A stretch of DNA of 64,000 nucleotides from the human T2T-CHM13v2.0 reference genome, Homo sapiens. Shown piece by piece: positions 41,426-54,264 of this stretch; position 1 is the stretch's first letter, and the number at the start of each line of letters is the position of its first letter. The notes beneath the pieces are model-generated. The model was given only the letters and a program-made list of their open reading frames with translations, searched no databases and was not told where the DNA came from. Made by a program: the position numbers and the translations under genes. Location: assembly GCF_009914755.1 (NCBI RefSeq), contig NC_060929.1; one strand, written 5' to 3'.

Positions 41426-42974
41426 CATTTATAAATCATCATGATGATCACCACATGGCTGACCCTGGCAGAATCTCAAAAGTGGTCATGAACGTGAGCC
41501 ACTTCTTCATTACCACCCATAACTGGTTTTGTTCTCCTTCGCTTTGTACTCAACAAACACCAACAAAATAAAGCTAAGGAGAACTTGGAAAGGACATTTC
41601 AGAGAAGTAAATTTGCCTGGACTAATGATCTCCAGGGAGAAATTTTACCCAAGATCTCGTCAATGCTTTCTTCGACAAGTCCAGGGACCCTTGGTATTGA
41701 AAGATCTGTCTTCTGATGCAGGGCAAAGGACAAAAGAGACAGGCCAGCCTGGACTCAGGAGTTCCCCCTCCCTCACGACGGCCAGCTAACCTTGACAGGA
41801 AGAGAGGTGGAAAGTGCCTGGCTCTCAAGCCCACTGACATTTGGAATCACAGGTGCAGCCCAGAGCCCTGGCAGGATTTGGCCAGGCGTTCCTGTGACAA
41901 GCTGGGGCCTGAAAGGGAGACTCCCCTGACAGTCTGAGCAGGAGGCTGAATCTGTCACTGTCTGGCTGGCAGGGCTGAAAGGGTTGTCTGCGGCAAGAGC
42001 TGATACCGGATGCCTGAATAGGGACTCAGTCAAGCAGGCATTTGTCACAGAAAACTCCCCCAACTCATATTTCACAGAGTGATCAGAAGCGGTGAGGCAG
42101 GGACCAAAGTGGCTCATCACCAGAATATTAGCAATGGTGGTTATCACAAAGGGACAGCTGGGCTGGAGGCCAGGGAAGCCCTCTTTGGAGACAACACATG
42201 TTCAATGCCCCCAGGGTGGTGGGGATAGAGCCAGCCAGGCCACACCCCACTACTTCCATACATCAATGCATGGTGCTCCAACACTACCACCATGAGGCTC
42301 CAGAAGGAAGGAGCTCAGGGAGGCTATTCCACATTGGGAAGAAGGCACACAATTCCAGGTAATTCCAGCCTGGGGGCTGAGCCCTGCCTAGGTTCCTTTC
42401 AGACCCAGGCCCCTAGCCTTTTGTTTCAACAGCCTCTCCCAAGTCAAAGCAAGGAAAGCCCTTTGGGATTTATCCTCCTAAAGAAGACGGTTTTATTTTT
42501 CTTTCATCATTGTTACTCTACAATGTGCTCTATAAGGCTTGATTCTGTGCTCAATCAGTGTGATTGAATGGAAAAAAAATCAAAGAGGCAGAGGAAATGC
42601 CATCAAATTTAGTTTTGTCTCAGGAGTTTCACAGAGAAATGAGTTATTTCCTCCTCTCTTTCTAATTATTTTGGCAAGGCAATTGAGGGTAGTGATTACT
42701 GCCAAGTGTCTCATCCATTAACTAAGTTGCCCCTACAACCATGTGCCCCAGCCCACCCAGCGTTGTAAGTGACTTACCTCCTTTGGGAAACTTGAGAACC
42801 AAGTTATAATAATAAGCAAGAGATAAAACTTTTTTCAGAACAACCACAGCTTTTTCAAATTCAAAAGCCAGATGATTTTGACATGACTAGCAGATTCATA
42901 TAGTTGCAAATTGGGCAATAATTAGATAATTGCTAAAATACTCACAGATATCCAGGTATGGTGACAGCAATAAT

Positions 42975-43185
42975 ATGAAGAATAACCACTAACATTTATT
43001 GGACACTTTGCATGTAATAAGCCTTCTTTGAAGCATTTGCATGGACATTACTGAGTACTCACAATAACCAATGAAATGGGAATATTATTAACCACTATTA
43101 CAGGGCAGGAAACAAAGGTCCAAAGGCTTTATTAAATTGTCCAAGTCACACAGTTTGGAAAAGGCAGAATTGGGATTACAAGTTA
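42975..43185 (-). mobile_element. MIR SINE
   Basis: 'ctaacatttattggacacttt...ctcacaataacc...ttacagggcaggaaac...ccaagtcacacag'. Confidence 0.7.
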
Positions 43186-43615
43186 AGAGTATCTTATACA
43201 TCATTAGTACTAAAAATGTATATTGATTAGAGCTGCTGAAGGCTAGTGGTGAAATAACTCAATTTAAGTCAGAACACCTTGACTTAGTCTTACCATGTAA
43301 ACAACACCTACCAGTTAATGAGAAAAAGATGACTACTCTAATGGAGAAATAAGCAAAAAATAGAAAATCCACATAAAATTTTGACAAGTGAACAAAAATT
43401 CATGTAAAATCTCACTAGTACTCAAATATTTGAAAATTAAAATGACATGATATGCTATCTTTTACCTATCAAATTAACGACTATCTCTCAAAGTTATAAC
43501 ATCCAGTATAGGTGAGAGTGTACTATCAGCCACCCCTGGAAGAAGTGTTGATTTTTATATTTCTAGGGGCAATTTGATAATGTATGTCAAAATCCTGAAA
43601 GTGGTTTATATCCTC

Positions 43616-44073
43616 TATGGTAGTTTAAAACATGGCTATAAATTCTTTGGTACTCTTCACATTAAGTAGTGGCGTCTGCATCCCTTCCGCATGAACTGAG
43701 GTGTGATTGTGACTGCCTTGACCAACAGAGTACGGCAAAAGTGATACCACAAGACCTCTAAGGTTAGTTGATACAGCCCATGAACCTCTGCCTCACACCA
43801 CTGGACTCCTCACTCTTGGAGCCCTGAGCCATTGCCTAAGTACAATTATACAGAGAGGCCATATCTAGGAACAACAGTCGACAGTCCTAGCTAAGCCCAG
43901 TCTTGGCGTCTTATCAGCTGAGGTCCCAGCATCATGGAGCAGAGAACAATCATCCCTACTGTGCTCTTTCTGAATTTTTAACCCACAGTATCCATGGGCA
44001 TAATAAAGTGGTAGTTGTTTTATGTCACTAAGTTTTGGGTCAGTTTGTTAAACAGCAATCAATAAGTGGAACA
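43616..44073 (+). mobile_element. MLT1 (G/H-like) solo LTR
   Basis: 'tatggtagtttaaaacatggctataaattctttggtactc...cactaagttttgggtcagtttgttaaacagcaatcaataagtggaaca'. Confidence 0.8.
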
Positions 44074-44345
44074 AACTCTTATGCAGTAATTATTCTTCCG
44101 GAAATCTAAGGGAATAATTAGAGATACGCAAAAAGAATTATGAACAAAGATGTTGAGTGCATCATTGTTTAAGACAGGGGAAAATTTAAAACATAAATAT
44201 GAACAATAAGGATTTTTTTCATCCCCATGATGAAAAGCAGCAATTTAAAATCAGGTTTTGGAAGACTATTTAAGAATATAAAAAGTCCTCAAAACATATT
44301 GTTTAAAGGGGGGTTTTTAAATAACATAGATAGCAGAAGTTTTCT

Positions 44346-44634
44346 CTTTTTTTGAGACGGAGTCTTGCTCTTTCACCCAGGCCTGACTGCAGTGGCGCTA
44401 TCTAGGCTCACTGCAAGCTCCGCCTCCCGGGTTCATGCCATTCTCCTGCCTCAGTCTCCCGAGTAGCTGGGACTACAGGCGCCCGCCACCGCACCCGGCT
44501 AATTTTTTGTATTTTTAGTAGAGACAGGTTTTCACCGTGTTAGCCAGGATAGTCTCGATCTCCTGACCTCATGATCCACCCACCTCGGCCTCCCAAAGTG
44601 CTGGGATTACAGGCATGAGCCACCGTGCCCGGCC
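44346..44634 (-). mobile_element. AluY-type element
   Basis: CpG-rich full dimer with 'ctgcaagctccgcctcccgggttc'; perfect 12-bp target duplication cagaagttttct (44334-44345, 44635-44646). Confidence 0.96.
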
Positions 44635-45069
44635 CAGAAGTTTTCTTTGGAGAAAAAAATAGACATATACCTATGCATTAAAATTAGATAAAAACACTCC
44701 AAAATTTAAACAGTAGCTATTTCTGAGTTGTGATATTATAGATGATTTTGATTTTATTCTTTATGATTTCCTGTACTTCTAAAATTTCATAAAGTTCATA
44801 AAGGGAGTAGACAATTTGCTAATGACCTCAATAAATCTGTGTAAATTTTAATACATTTTCAGAAGACCTGAACTCAAATTCCAGCAAGCTCTATTTCAAT
44901 GTCTTTGGAAAAACACATTATCTGTCTAAACTTTGATTTCCTCACCTGGAAAACCAAAATAACAATATTTACCTGAAATGATTTTGGGGGGTGGGGTTTA
45001 GGATAGATAGGCTACTTTTAATTTTTCCTAACTAGGTATCAGAGAAAAATCTATATGCTTAAAAAACCT

Positions 45070-45342
45070 TCTTTTTAAAATTGATAGATAATAGATGTAC
45101 ATATTTTTGAGTACTTATGGGATGCATGTGATTTTTCTTAAAAGACAGGGTCTTACTCCATCACCCAGACTAGAGTGCAGTGGTGCAATCATAGCTGACT
45201 GCAGCCTTGAACTCCTGGGCTTAAGGGATCGCCCCTTTTCAGTCTCCTTAATCATTAGGCTTATAGGCATGAGCCACCATGCCCAGCTGATACTTTGATA
45301 CATGCACACCATATGTAATGACCCAGTCAGGGTAATCCCCTC
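45070..45342 (-). mobile_element. L1MA 3'-end fragment containing an Alu monomer (FRAM/AluJ arm, about 45132-45290)
   Basis: 'ttgatagataatagatgtacatattttt' ... Alu arm ... 'tactttgatacatgcacaccatatgtaatgacccagtcagggtaa'. Confidence 0.75.
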
Positions 45343-45894
45343 AAATGATTTTTATGAGGTTAAACTATACAGTAACTATGCAAGTTCCTAGAATTCATCT
45401 ATGTACCTAGTGGGCATTTAATAAATGCTTTTTTAATTCGCTGATAAGCATTTTGTCCAACTTTTCAAACACAGTCAGAATGAGCATTTAAAATAAATAT
45501 CTACAGCTCTCAAGTGAATAAGAAAACACTAGGGCTTGGCTTCCTATCTCACTGCTCATCCCAAACAAGTAGGATTTGGTGAAAGCTGCAAAACACTCTA
45601 CCTCTCCCCACCACATTGACACTGATGACAGACAGCAAGCTTTTCTGCTATGACAAGTAGATGGAAAACAAAAACTTGGGGTAAAATGAACAGGTTGGTC
45701 AGTAATTGATTTTGCTCTCTGCATGTGGAAGCCATTTCTGCTATTTTATCTGTTCCCACCATGACTTATGAAAGTTTTAGACCAAAAGCCTTCCAATGAG
45801 CTGTGAAGAGCTACCCTTTTTGTCTTTCCAGTATATCTTCTCCTTGTTATCATCCCTCCTTCCCATTTCCATGCCACATGCCAATTATTGATAA

Positions 45895-46160
45895 TAGTTA
45901 ATAATAACAGGAGCTAATACCTGTTGAGAACCGCTCTGTGCCAGGCACTGTTCTCAGCACTCTGTTTGTATTAACTCACTTATCTTCAGCATAATGCTAC
46001 CACGCAGGTAGTATTATCATCCCTGTTTCTTCTATAAGGAATCTGAAACACAGAAGAGTTAAACAACTTTCCCAAAGTTACACAGCTAGAAAGCAAGGAG
46101 ACAAATCTAGTCAGTCAAGCTCCAGGGCACATAGTCTCTAACTCTTATCTATACTGCTCT
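45895..46160 (-). mobile_element. MIR SINE
   Basis: 'ctgtgccaggcactgttctcagcactct...ctgaaacacagaagagttaaacaactttcccaaagttacacagctag'. Confidence 0.82.
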
Positions 46161-47653
46161 GTGTAATTAATATAATGACTTGATCCACTATACAAAACTT
46201 GGCATGAGGAGAAGAGCAACAGATAACCTTTCACTAATCTTATTAGCAGGATGAAGCTCAATCCTACAGCCTAACTCAAGCACTGCTCCTTCAGTAACGG
46301 TATTATAAGTAGAGAAAAGGAACAATTGCTCTTCCACACTGACCCCTGGGTTGCCCCCCCTCATGACACTATCTTTAGTAGGACCCAAAGCTCCTTGGAT
46401 ATGTCCTATTAATGCCTATGCCCTGTGTCTGGTGCACCATCTAGCCCATCTTAGGGCTTAATAAGGTTTTGTTTAGTTGAACTGAAGAGGGCCTACCCAA
46501 ATAGGCAGTTTCTACCTAATTCTTGTCTCCCAAGAGTTTCTCTTCAGAAGAAACACACACACATACCACACACACTCACTCACAATGATGAATTGTGAAA
46601 AATAAATGCTATTCCATCTAGCGTGAAGTGGTCTGGGTATGGAGTTAATGCCTTAGGAAACTCTAACATCTAATCTTTAGGAATGAGTGGAGATTGATAA
46701 ATGACATCCCTAATCCCCACCTAGGCTTTGAATCAATTAAGTTATAACAAGAATAAGACAGGTGGAATCCAAAACACAGTATCACCATCTTACTGATTAA
46801 GCTGATATTGGAGAATGTGATTTATATTTTTGAGTCAATGAGTTTTACATACCTGAAGTTCATCCTTAGACAGACACATATACGCAGTTCTAGGAAGTGT
46901 TTTCCCCTGGTTGGAGAACTCAGGCTTTCTATAGTCAGGTCTGTGCCTAAAAAGAAAAGACAGATTGGAAGCCCATGCCCATTATCTGTTTCCAAACATA
47001 CAAATGAAACTAAGCCACTCTTCCTCCCCTGTTGAAGAGTAAATGAAAAGATAGTAAAGACCATAGAATTTTGGCCCTCTCCCTTCTAGTACTCTGAGGT
47101 GAATGAGAACCAGAAAGTCATGAAGAGAAGGCTTTGGTAGGAATGATAACAGCTAGTAAATTTCATCATTGAGTTGTCCGCTTGGCTATCACAAATGATC
47201 TACATTCCTATTGCTCACTTATCTGTAGAATGTATATAGTTGCATTTAATATCAATAATTTAAAATGTTCAGTTTTAAGTTTGTGCTGCAAATCCAGAAC
47301 TAAGTATTCCATCAAGTTCAACCCTACTTCTTTTCATGTCATACAGCCCTGACCCAGGCTGTAAGCTCCTTGAAAATGCAGCTCCTTTTACTTCATGGCA
47401 TTCCTTAGAATACAATGCGTATGATAATTTATTTACAAAGGTTTTTCCATCAATGCATGCATGAAGAAAAAATAATAAACAAAAAATAAATCTCATTGGC
47501 TCTTCAACATGTAGTTCAAGGAGGAAGAAAATAGAGGAAGCCACAACTTACAGATAGACTGTGTTCAACTTATTCATTTATATGTCAGTTTGGGGAGATA
47601 GGAAAAGATTTTCCTATAGAAGGTCTGAAAGGTAGGTCTTTTGATACAAAAGC

Positions 47654-47660
47654 ACACACT

Positions 47661-47692
<32 letters not shown>

Positions 47693-47693
47693 C
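47654..47693. repeat. (CA)n microsatellite
   Basis: CA run with interruptions. Confidence 0.95.
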
Positions 47694-48189
47694 AAAACAC
47701 TAAAGTAAAATTTATCTAAGGTTCAGATAATAGCTCACTCCATAAAGAATACTCTGGGCATTTCATTTTTGGACCTAATATAGGACACTAAATGTAAAGA
47801 ATCAAACCTTGGCAAGTGGATATGGGGAATAGCAGGAGAGGGGCAGTGTGCTGTGGTCCTGGAGACTGGAAGAGCAGTCCAGGGTTTTCACTTCTCCTCC
47901 CTCCTTCCATCCTTGCTACTTAGGTCAGCTTCCTGCTCCAAATCATGCCCAAGCCAATCACTAGAGGTCAGTAGGAAGCCAGAGAAGGGGGCGACAGGTG
48001 GGAGGAGAGGTCCGTCAAGAGAAAGAGAAGAAGGAAAGTGGAAGAACACACTGTTGCCCAGCAATGGGAAGGAGAGTTCCTGCAGCCAGGCTTGGCTGGG
48101 GAGGCCTTTCTTATGTGAGATGCATTCACTGAGCAAACAAGGCTGAAGTAAACCTCTTCAAACTGATGTGAATTCTAGCATGTTAAGAT

Positions 48190-48413
48190 ATTTAATGTAG
48201 TGACTAAAAACAGACTGGAGTGAGTCAGATCTCAGTTCCAAGGCCACTACTTACCGCCTATAAGACCCGGGCAAATAATTTCACCTGTGCTTGGTACACA
48301 GTGATCACTAAATATTTACTCCATGTCAGGCACAGCTCTAAGCACTTTCCGTGTATCATCTCATTTAGTTCTCAATAAAATATGCTTCAGAAACTAAGGC
48401 CCAGAGAAGCTAA
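48190..48413. mobile_element. Two abutting MIR fragments in opposite orientation; the second continues after the LTR at about 48806
   Basis: 'ccactacttaccgcctataagacccgggcaaataattt' (+) and 'gaaactaaggcccagagaagctaag|...|aacttgcccaagg' (-). Confidence 0.6.
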
Positions 48414-48801
48414 GTGTGGATGCTTATGCAGCCAGATCCCCCTTCTCTGAAAAACCTGCTGCCCCAGCAGCAGATGGAAACACAGCTGATGGAGAGCCTT
48501 TGGTTCCCTACCCTCCAGAATGCTTCAGCTGCAAAGTGCCCTTGTTCACAGTCACACCCCTTTCCACAGTCACCCAATTCCAGTGACTGATCAGTATGGC
48601 GGTAATTCCACTCAACTTGGAATAATTCTGAAGGGCCATTCCAGCTCCAGAGCCCCACTGCATGGCCACTGGAATAGCCCTTTACCCAATCTTGCTTTGT
48701 CCTCCCCTTCCCTTAGATATTGGGCCAAGGACATTCCCAAATAAATGACAGGCAAACTAAACTCACTCGGAGTCTGCTTTCTGGAAAATCCAACCTGGAA
48801 C
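48414..48801. mobile_element. LTR16-like ERVL solo LTR inserted in a MIR
   Basis: 'tgtggatgcttatgcagccagatccccctt...cccaaataaa...ctcggagtctgctttctggaaaatccaacctggaaca' (TG...CA ends, AATAAA). Confidence 0.7.
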
Positions 48802-50669
48802 ACCAACTAACTTGCCCAAGGACCCAAGGACCCAAGGACCCATAGCGAGGATACAGACACAAGCAGAATGACATCAGAACCTCCTCGCCCAACTGCTCCA
48901 CTCAGCTGTCTCCTATGGTTAACCATTACTACCTCCTTACCCTAAGACTCCTACCACAACCTATACATCCTCTCTTACTTAGGCCTGGCTTTTCACTGGG
49001 AAGATGGCTCAAATAAAGATTTTGCCTCCAAACTGCCATACAGAATTTTAAGTAAACAAGACAAAGCCATCTGCTTTCTGCCTGTAGGGAATAGATCTTA
49101 TATTAATAGAATCTCTCCTAACTCCATCTCTCTCTCCTTTCTCAAAGTATTGTCAGTGGCATGCCAAGTCAGTGGTACAGCAACAGGTTGAGATTTCCTG
49201 AGGCCCAGAACTGAAAATTAGAAGAAGAGAAACTAAGGAAGTCTGCAGAGCAAGCTCCCTCTTTGGCTCTCCCAGCTGAAAACGATGCTTTTTTTTTTTT
49301 TTAATTTAGTGAGAGGTTGTCCCCCTAACCTATTCTTTTAAAAACAAGCTACTTTTCTAAAAGATTATTTTCTACAATGCACAGGCTAAAACATTTTCTG
49401 AATTAGCATTTTCTTTCACTCAGTTAGTATTCTCATTTTAAATAGCCCAGTTTCCACAATATAGAAGACCAAAATTGCCTAATGTTGATTTAAACAACTA
49501 TGCATTCCCAATATAATACTTTGGTTTGCCTGTTTCTGCTGGAAGATTATAGCCACCTCTTCTACTATAACAGTATTTTATTTACAAACACGCCACACTG
49601 CCTAAAATTAACCTAATTAGCAATCTAGAGCACCTGATTCTCATAGCATTTTCCCATCTTCTAGCCTTTCAGCTGCACTGCTCTTAGTTGTCAATGTAAA
49701 GCTATATCCAAAAACTGTGAAAGTATAAATGGAAACTGGTCTTGACCACAGAAAAAACAGTCACATCCCCTCCATTTTCTGGCATGTGACTTTAAAAAAA
49801 AAAAAGTTTTGCCTCTCATTAAAGAGTATACATTTCCAAGTTCCATGGCTGCCAGGAGCCCCTGGATAATCCAACATGTCACCTTTCATGCCATTTCCTG
49901 GTGTGCTGGTAATCAGGATGGGGCATTACCGCAAACCCCATCCTAGATCTGCTGCTGCTTTGTGGAGTAATGGTTTTCGGCCATCATACATTGCATGTTC
50001 ACCTTGCCTCTGATTGTTCTGGTCATGTCAGTGATGTAGCTTTGATGCAGAGATTGCATTGGAGTAAAGAGGAAAAAGTAGCAAAAATGAGAGAGAAGGA
50101 TTAGCAGCTCAAAAGCTTTGAAAATCTTCATTTCATTGAAATGAAAACATGCCTTATCTACCGTCTTTAGACATTGCTGATCACATTAATTCCAGATGAA
50201 AAGTAAGTCAGTGGGTGTCTTTTTTTTTTCATGCTGGTGAAGTTTTTCTACAGGGAGTCTGTAAAGGAAAACTCTCTCTCCTAGTGCTCCTAGGCAAAGC
50301 ATTGAAGTACAATCCCACTGAAATCAAAGTGACAGCTAGAAGGCACTCCTAATCACCAGCTCTCTGAGTTCTTTCAAGACTTGAATACAACTGTCAATTA
50401 CCAAGTTCTCTTTGTAGGACAGGCAAGTAAGAATGAATTAGAGGTTTAAATCAAATTTGCCAAAAAGACAGAGCTACCTTTTCACATCTGATAGCAGTAT
50501 CAAATGGCAGACCCAAGAACCAATGGTAAACTAAGACATTAGGAAAACATCATCAAAGCAACTGTAAAATAAATTATTAAAATGTATTTAATGCAAGATC
50601 ACATGGCCACAGTTACCATATTTTCCAAACCAAAAATGAGCACATATCCAATACATAGTCTAACCATAA

Positions 50670-50860
50670 CTCTTCAATGAATGACTGTTGAATACTAGGC
50701 ACCACTCTCAACCCTGCCCAGGCAAGTCCAAATCCAGTGGGGTGGTCAAATAATGAAGTAGTAAACAAAACAAGTAAATTCCCGGCTTTATGGAGGTTAC
50801 ATTCTAATAACAAATAGATATACAACATAATATTCCATAATTGTAAGTGCTATGAGAAAA
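50670..50860 (-). mobile_element. L2 3' fragment with a short foreign insert
   Basis: 'gtaaacaaaacaagtaaattcccggctttatggaggttacattcta...taagtgctatgagaaaa'. Confidence 0.7.
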
Positions 50861-51165
50861 ATGAGTATCATTGTCACATCTCTTTCATGCCCTTCACATT
50901 GAAATCACATCTGAATCATTGGAAAACAGTGTAAAGGGCTAAGAATTGAACAAAAAAATGCTAAGAATTAAGAAATTCCAGCATTCCTTTGGAAGGAGGG
51001 GTGAGGGGGAGCTGAAGGGACTCATTCTCTGTGTAGTCATCTCTCACATCACTGATTGAATGAGGGAGCTGCCTACACACTCAGTCCAGGATCCTTCAAT
51101 GCCAAGTCACATCTAAATCAATCTAGACTAGAGAGAATCTATTCCACTTTTAATGTTTTACATGA

Positions 51166-53465
51166 TGTATTAGTCATTTTCACACTGCTGATAAAGATAG
51201 GGCAATTTACCTCAGACTGGGCAATTTACAAAAGAAAGAGGCTAAATTGGACTTATAGTTCCATGTGGCTGGGGAAGCCTCACAATCATAGTGGAAGGCA
51301 AGCAGGAGCAAGTCCGTCTTGCACGGATGGCAGCAGACAAAGAATGAGAAAGACACAGAAGCAGAAACCACTGATAAAACCATCAGATCTCATGAGACTT
51401 ACTACCATGAGAACAGTATGGGAAAAACAGCCCCCATGATTCAATTATCTCCCACTAGGTCCCTCCCACAACACATGGGAATTATGGGAGTACAATTCAA
51501 GATGAGATTTGGGTGGGGACACAGAGCCAAACCATATCATTCTGCCCCTGGCCCCTGCCAAATCTCATGTCCTCATGTTTCAAAACCAATCATGCCTTCC
51601 CGACGGTCCCCTAAAGTCTTAACTCATTTCAGCATTAACTCAAAAGTCTCATCTGAGACAAGGCAAGTCCCTTCCACCTATGGGCCTATAAAATCAAAAG
51701 CAAGCTAGTTATTTACTAGATACAATGAGGGTACAGACATTGGATAAATACAACTATTCCAAATGGGAGAAATTGGCCAAAACAGAGGGGCTACAGGGCC
51801 CATGCAAGTCCAAATCCAGTGGGGCAGTCAAATCTTAAAGCTCCAAAATGATATCCTTTGACTCCATGTCTCACATCCAGGTCACGCTGATGCAAGAGGT
51901 GGGTTCCCATGGTCTTGGCAGCTCCACGCCTGTGGCTTTGCAGGGTACAGCCTCCCTCCCAGCTGCTTTCATGGGCTGGCATTCAGTGTCTGAGGCTTTT
52001 CCAGGTGCAAGGTGCAAGCTGTCAGTGGATTTACCATTCTTGGCTCTGGAGGACAGTGGCCCTTTTCCCACAGCACCACTAGGCGGTGCCCCATAGGGAC
52101 TCTGCATGGGGGCTCTGACCCCACTTTTCCCTTCCGTACTGCCCTAGCACAGGTTCTCCATGACAGCCCTGCCCCTGCAGCAAACTTCTGCCTGGGTATC
52201 CAGGCATTTCCACACATCTTCTGAAATCTAGGCGGAGGCTCCCAAAACTCAATCCTTGACTTCTGTGCACCTACAGTCTCAACACCACATGGAAGCTGCC
52301 AAGTCTCATGTCTTGCACCATCTGAAGCCATGCCCTGAGCTCTACGTTGGCCCCTTTCAGCCAAGGCTGGAGCAGCTGGGATGAAGGGCACCAACTCCCT
52401 AGGTTGCCCACAATTTGGGGACCCTGGGCCAGGCCCATGAAACTATTTTGTCCTCCTAGGCCTCCAGGCCTGTGATGGGAGGGGCTGCCGTGAAGACCTC
52501 TGACATGCCCTGCAGACATTTTCCCCATTGTCTTGGGGATTAACATTTGGTTCCTCATTACTTGTGCAAATTTCTGCAGCAGGCTTGGCTTCAATTTCTC
52601 CTGAGAAAATGGGATTTTCTTTTCTATCACATTGTCAGGCTGCAAATTTTTCACACTTTTATGCTCTGTTTCCCTTTTAAAACTGAATGCTTTTTAACAG
52701 CACCCAAGTCACCTCTTGAATGTGTTGCTGCTTAGAAATTTCTTCTGCCAGATCCCTAAATCATCTATCTCAAGTTCAAAGTTCCACATATCTCTAGGGC
52801 AGGGGCAAAATGTCACCAATCTCCTTGTTAAAACATAACAAAAGTCACCTTTGCTCCAGTTCCCAACAAGTTCTTCAACTCCATTTGAGACCATCTCAGC
52901 CTGGACATTATTGTCCATATGGCTATCAGCATTTTGGGCAAAGCCATTCAACAAGTCTCTAGGAAGTTCCAAACTTTCCCACATTTTCCTGTCTTCTTCT
53001 GATCCCTCTAAACTGTTCCAACCTCTTCCTGTTACCCAGTTCTAAAGTCACTTCCACATTTTTGGGTATCTTTTCAGCAACACCCCACTCTCAGTACCAA
53101 TTTACTGTATTAGTCCACTTTCACACTACTGATAAAGACATACCCTAGACTGGGCAATTTTTAATTGGACTTTTAGTTCCATGTGGCTGGGGAAGCCTAA
53201 CAATCATGGCAGAACGCAAGGAGGAGCAAGTCCCATCTTACATGGATGGCAGCAGGCAAAGAAGGAAAGAGAAAGACGTAAAAGCGGAAACTCCTGATAA
53301 AACCATCAGATCTTGTGAGACTTACTCACTACCATGAGAACAGTATGGGGGAAACTTCCCCCATGATTCAATTATCTCCCACTGTGTTCCTACCACAACA
53401 CTGGGAATTATGGGAGTACAATTCAAAATGAGATTTGGGTGGGGACACAGAGTCAGAACATATCA
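51166..53465 (-). mobile_element. Complete MaLR provirus, THE1 (THE1D-like): LTR 51166-51539, internal 51540-53105, LTR 53106-53465
   Basis: Both LTRs run 'tgtattagtc...cacactgctgataaag...gggtggggacacagag...atatca'. The internal region is colinear with the MST internal at 5880-7482. Confidence 0.93.
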
Positions 53466-53498
53466 CCTGGTATTACAAAGAGACTGGAACCCATTAGA

Positions 53499-53499
<1 letters not shown>

Positions 53500-53549
<50 letters not shown>
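53500..53549. repeat. Pure poly-A tract (A50)
   Basis: 50 uninterrupted A. Confidence 0.98.
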
Positions 53550-53552
<3 letters not shown>

Positions 53553-54264
53553 CCTTAATGAAATTATTTGGGCCCATCGAATGAATTGGAGACCAGAGAA
53601 AATAATGAAAAGATTATTAAACAAGGAGAAGGGGATCTCAATCTCTTCCTCCCAAACTTTCAAAGCCAACAGTTATTTCTGTCATTGAAAAAAAATGAGA
53701 AGAGTCACATGACTTACAGGCTTTAGAATGAGATCTTACTAAATAAAACATCATTGCTAAATATGGTCTTCAGGCAGCTAGAAGGAGGCAATAAGCAGGT
53801 ATTCATACTTTTGCCACCTTAATACGTGGTACTACTTGTCTGAATTCTCTCTTTAATGTTCTCTCTCCTCCTTTCCTCTTGGCTGCTGTGGCTTGCACTC
53901 AAATTGCACAGAAGTAGGGTTAGCAGGCTGGGACACTGTCTCATTTAAATAGTTTAGTCACTGGGGATAATGAACATGAAAAAAATGATTTTTTTTCTCT
54001 CTTTCTGTATATACATTCTCCAAGGATCTTTATCCATTCTTAAGGTTTTATCCATCATCAATGTCTAGCTCCAGATATCTGTTTCCAAGAACATTTGAAG
54101 ATGCCATACTAGGATATGAAATTCAACAGGGCCAGTACTGGGTTAATGTCCCTGGCTATGCCTTGCGTTCTGCTTTCTTCATGTATCCTGTATCTCCATG
54201 AAAGGCACCATCATCATGTCTAAAACCACCCACCACCCAAAAAACCTACAACACACAAAATGTG

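Larger units (their letters stand above)
43300..44790 (+). mobile_element. Highly diverged L1ME-like 3' fragment hosting MLT1 and AluY
   Basis: 'tctcactagtactcaaa...tttacctatcaaatt...ggcaatttgataatgtatgtcaaaat'. Confidence 0.6.

Noticed and set aside
41700-42450. GC-richer stretch with several ORFs
   Set aside because: CpG-poor so not an island; peptides unrecognised and no exon structure found.
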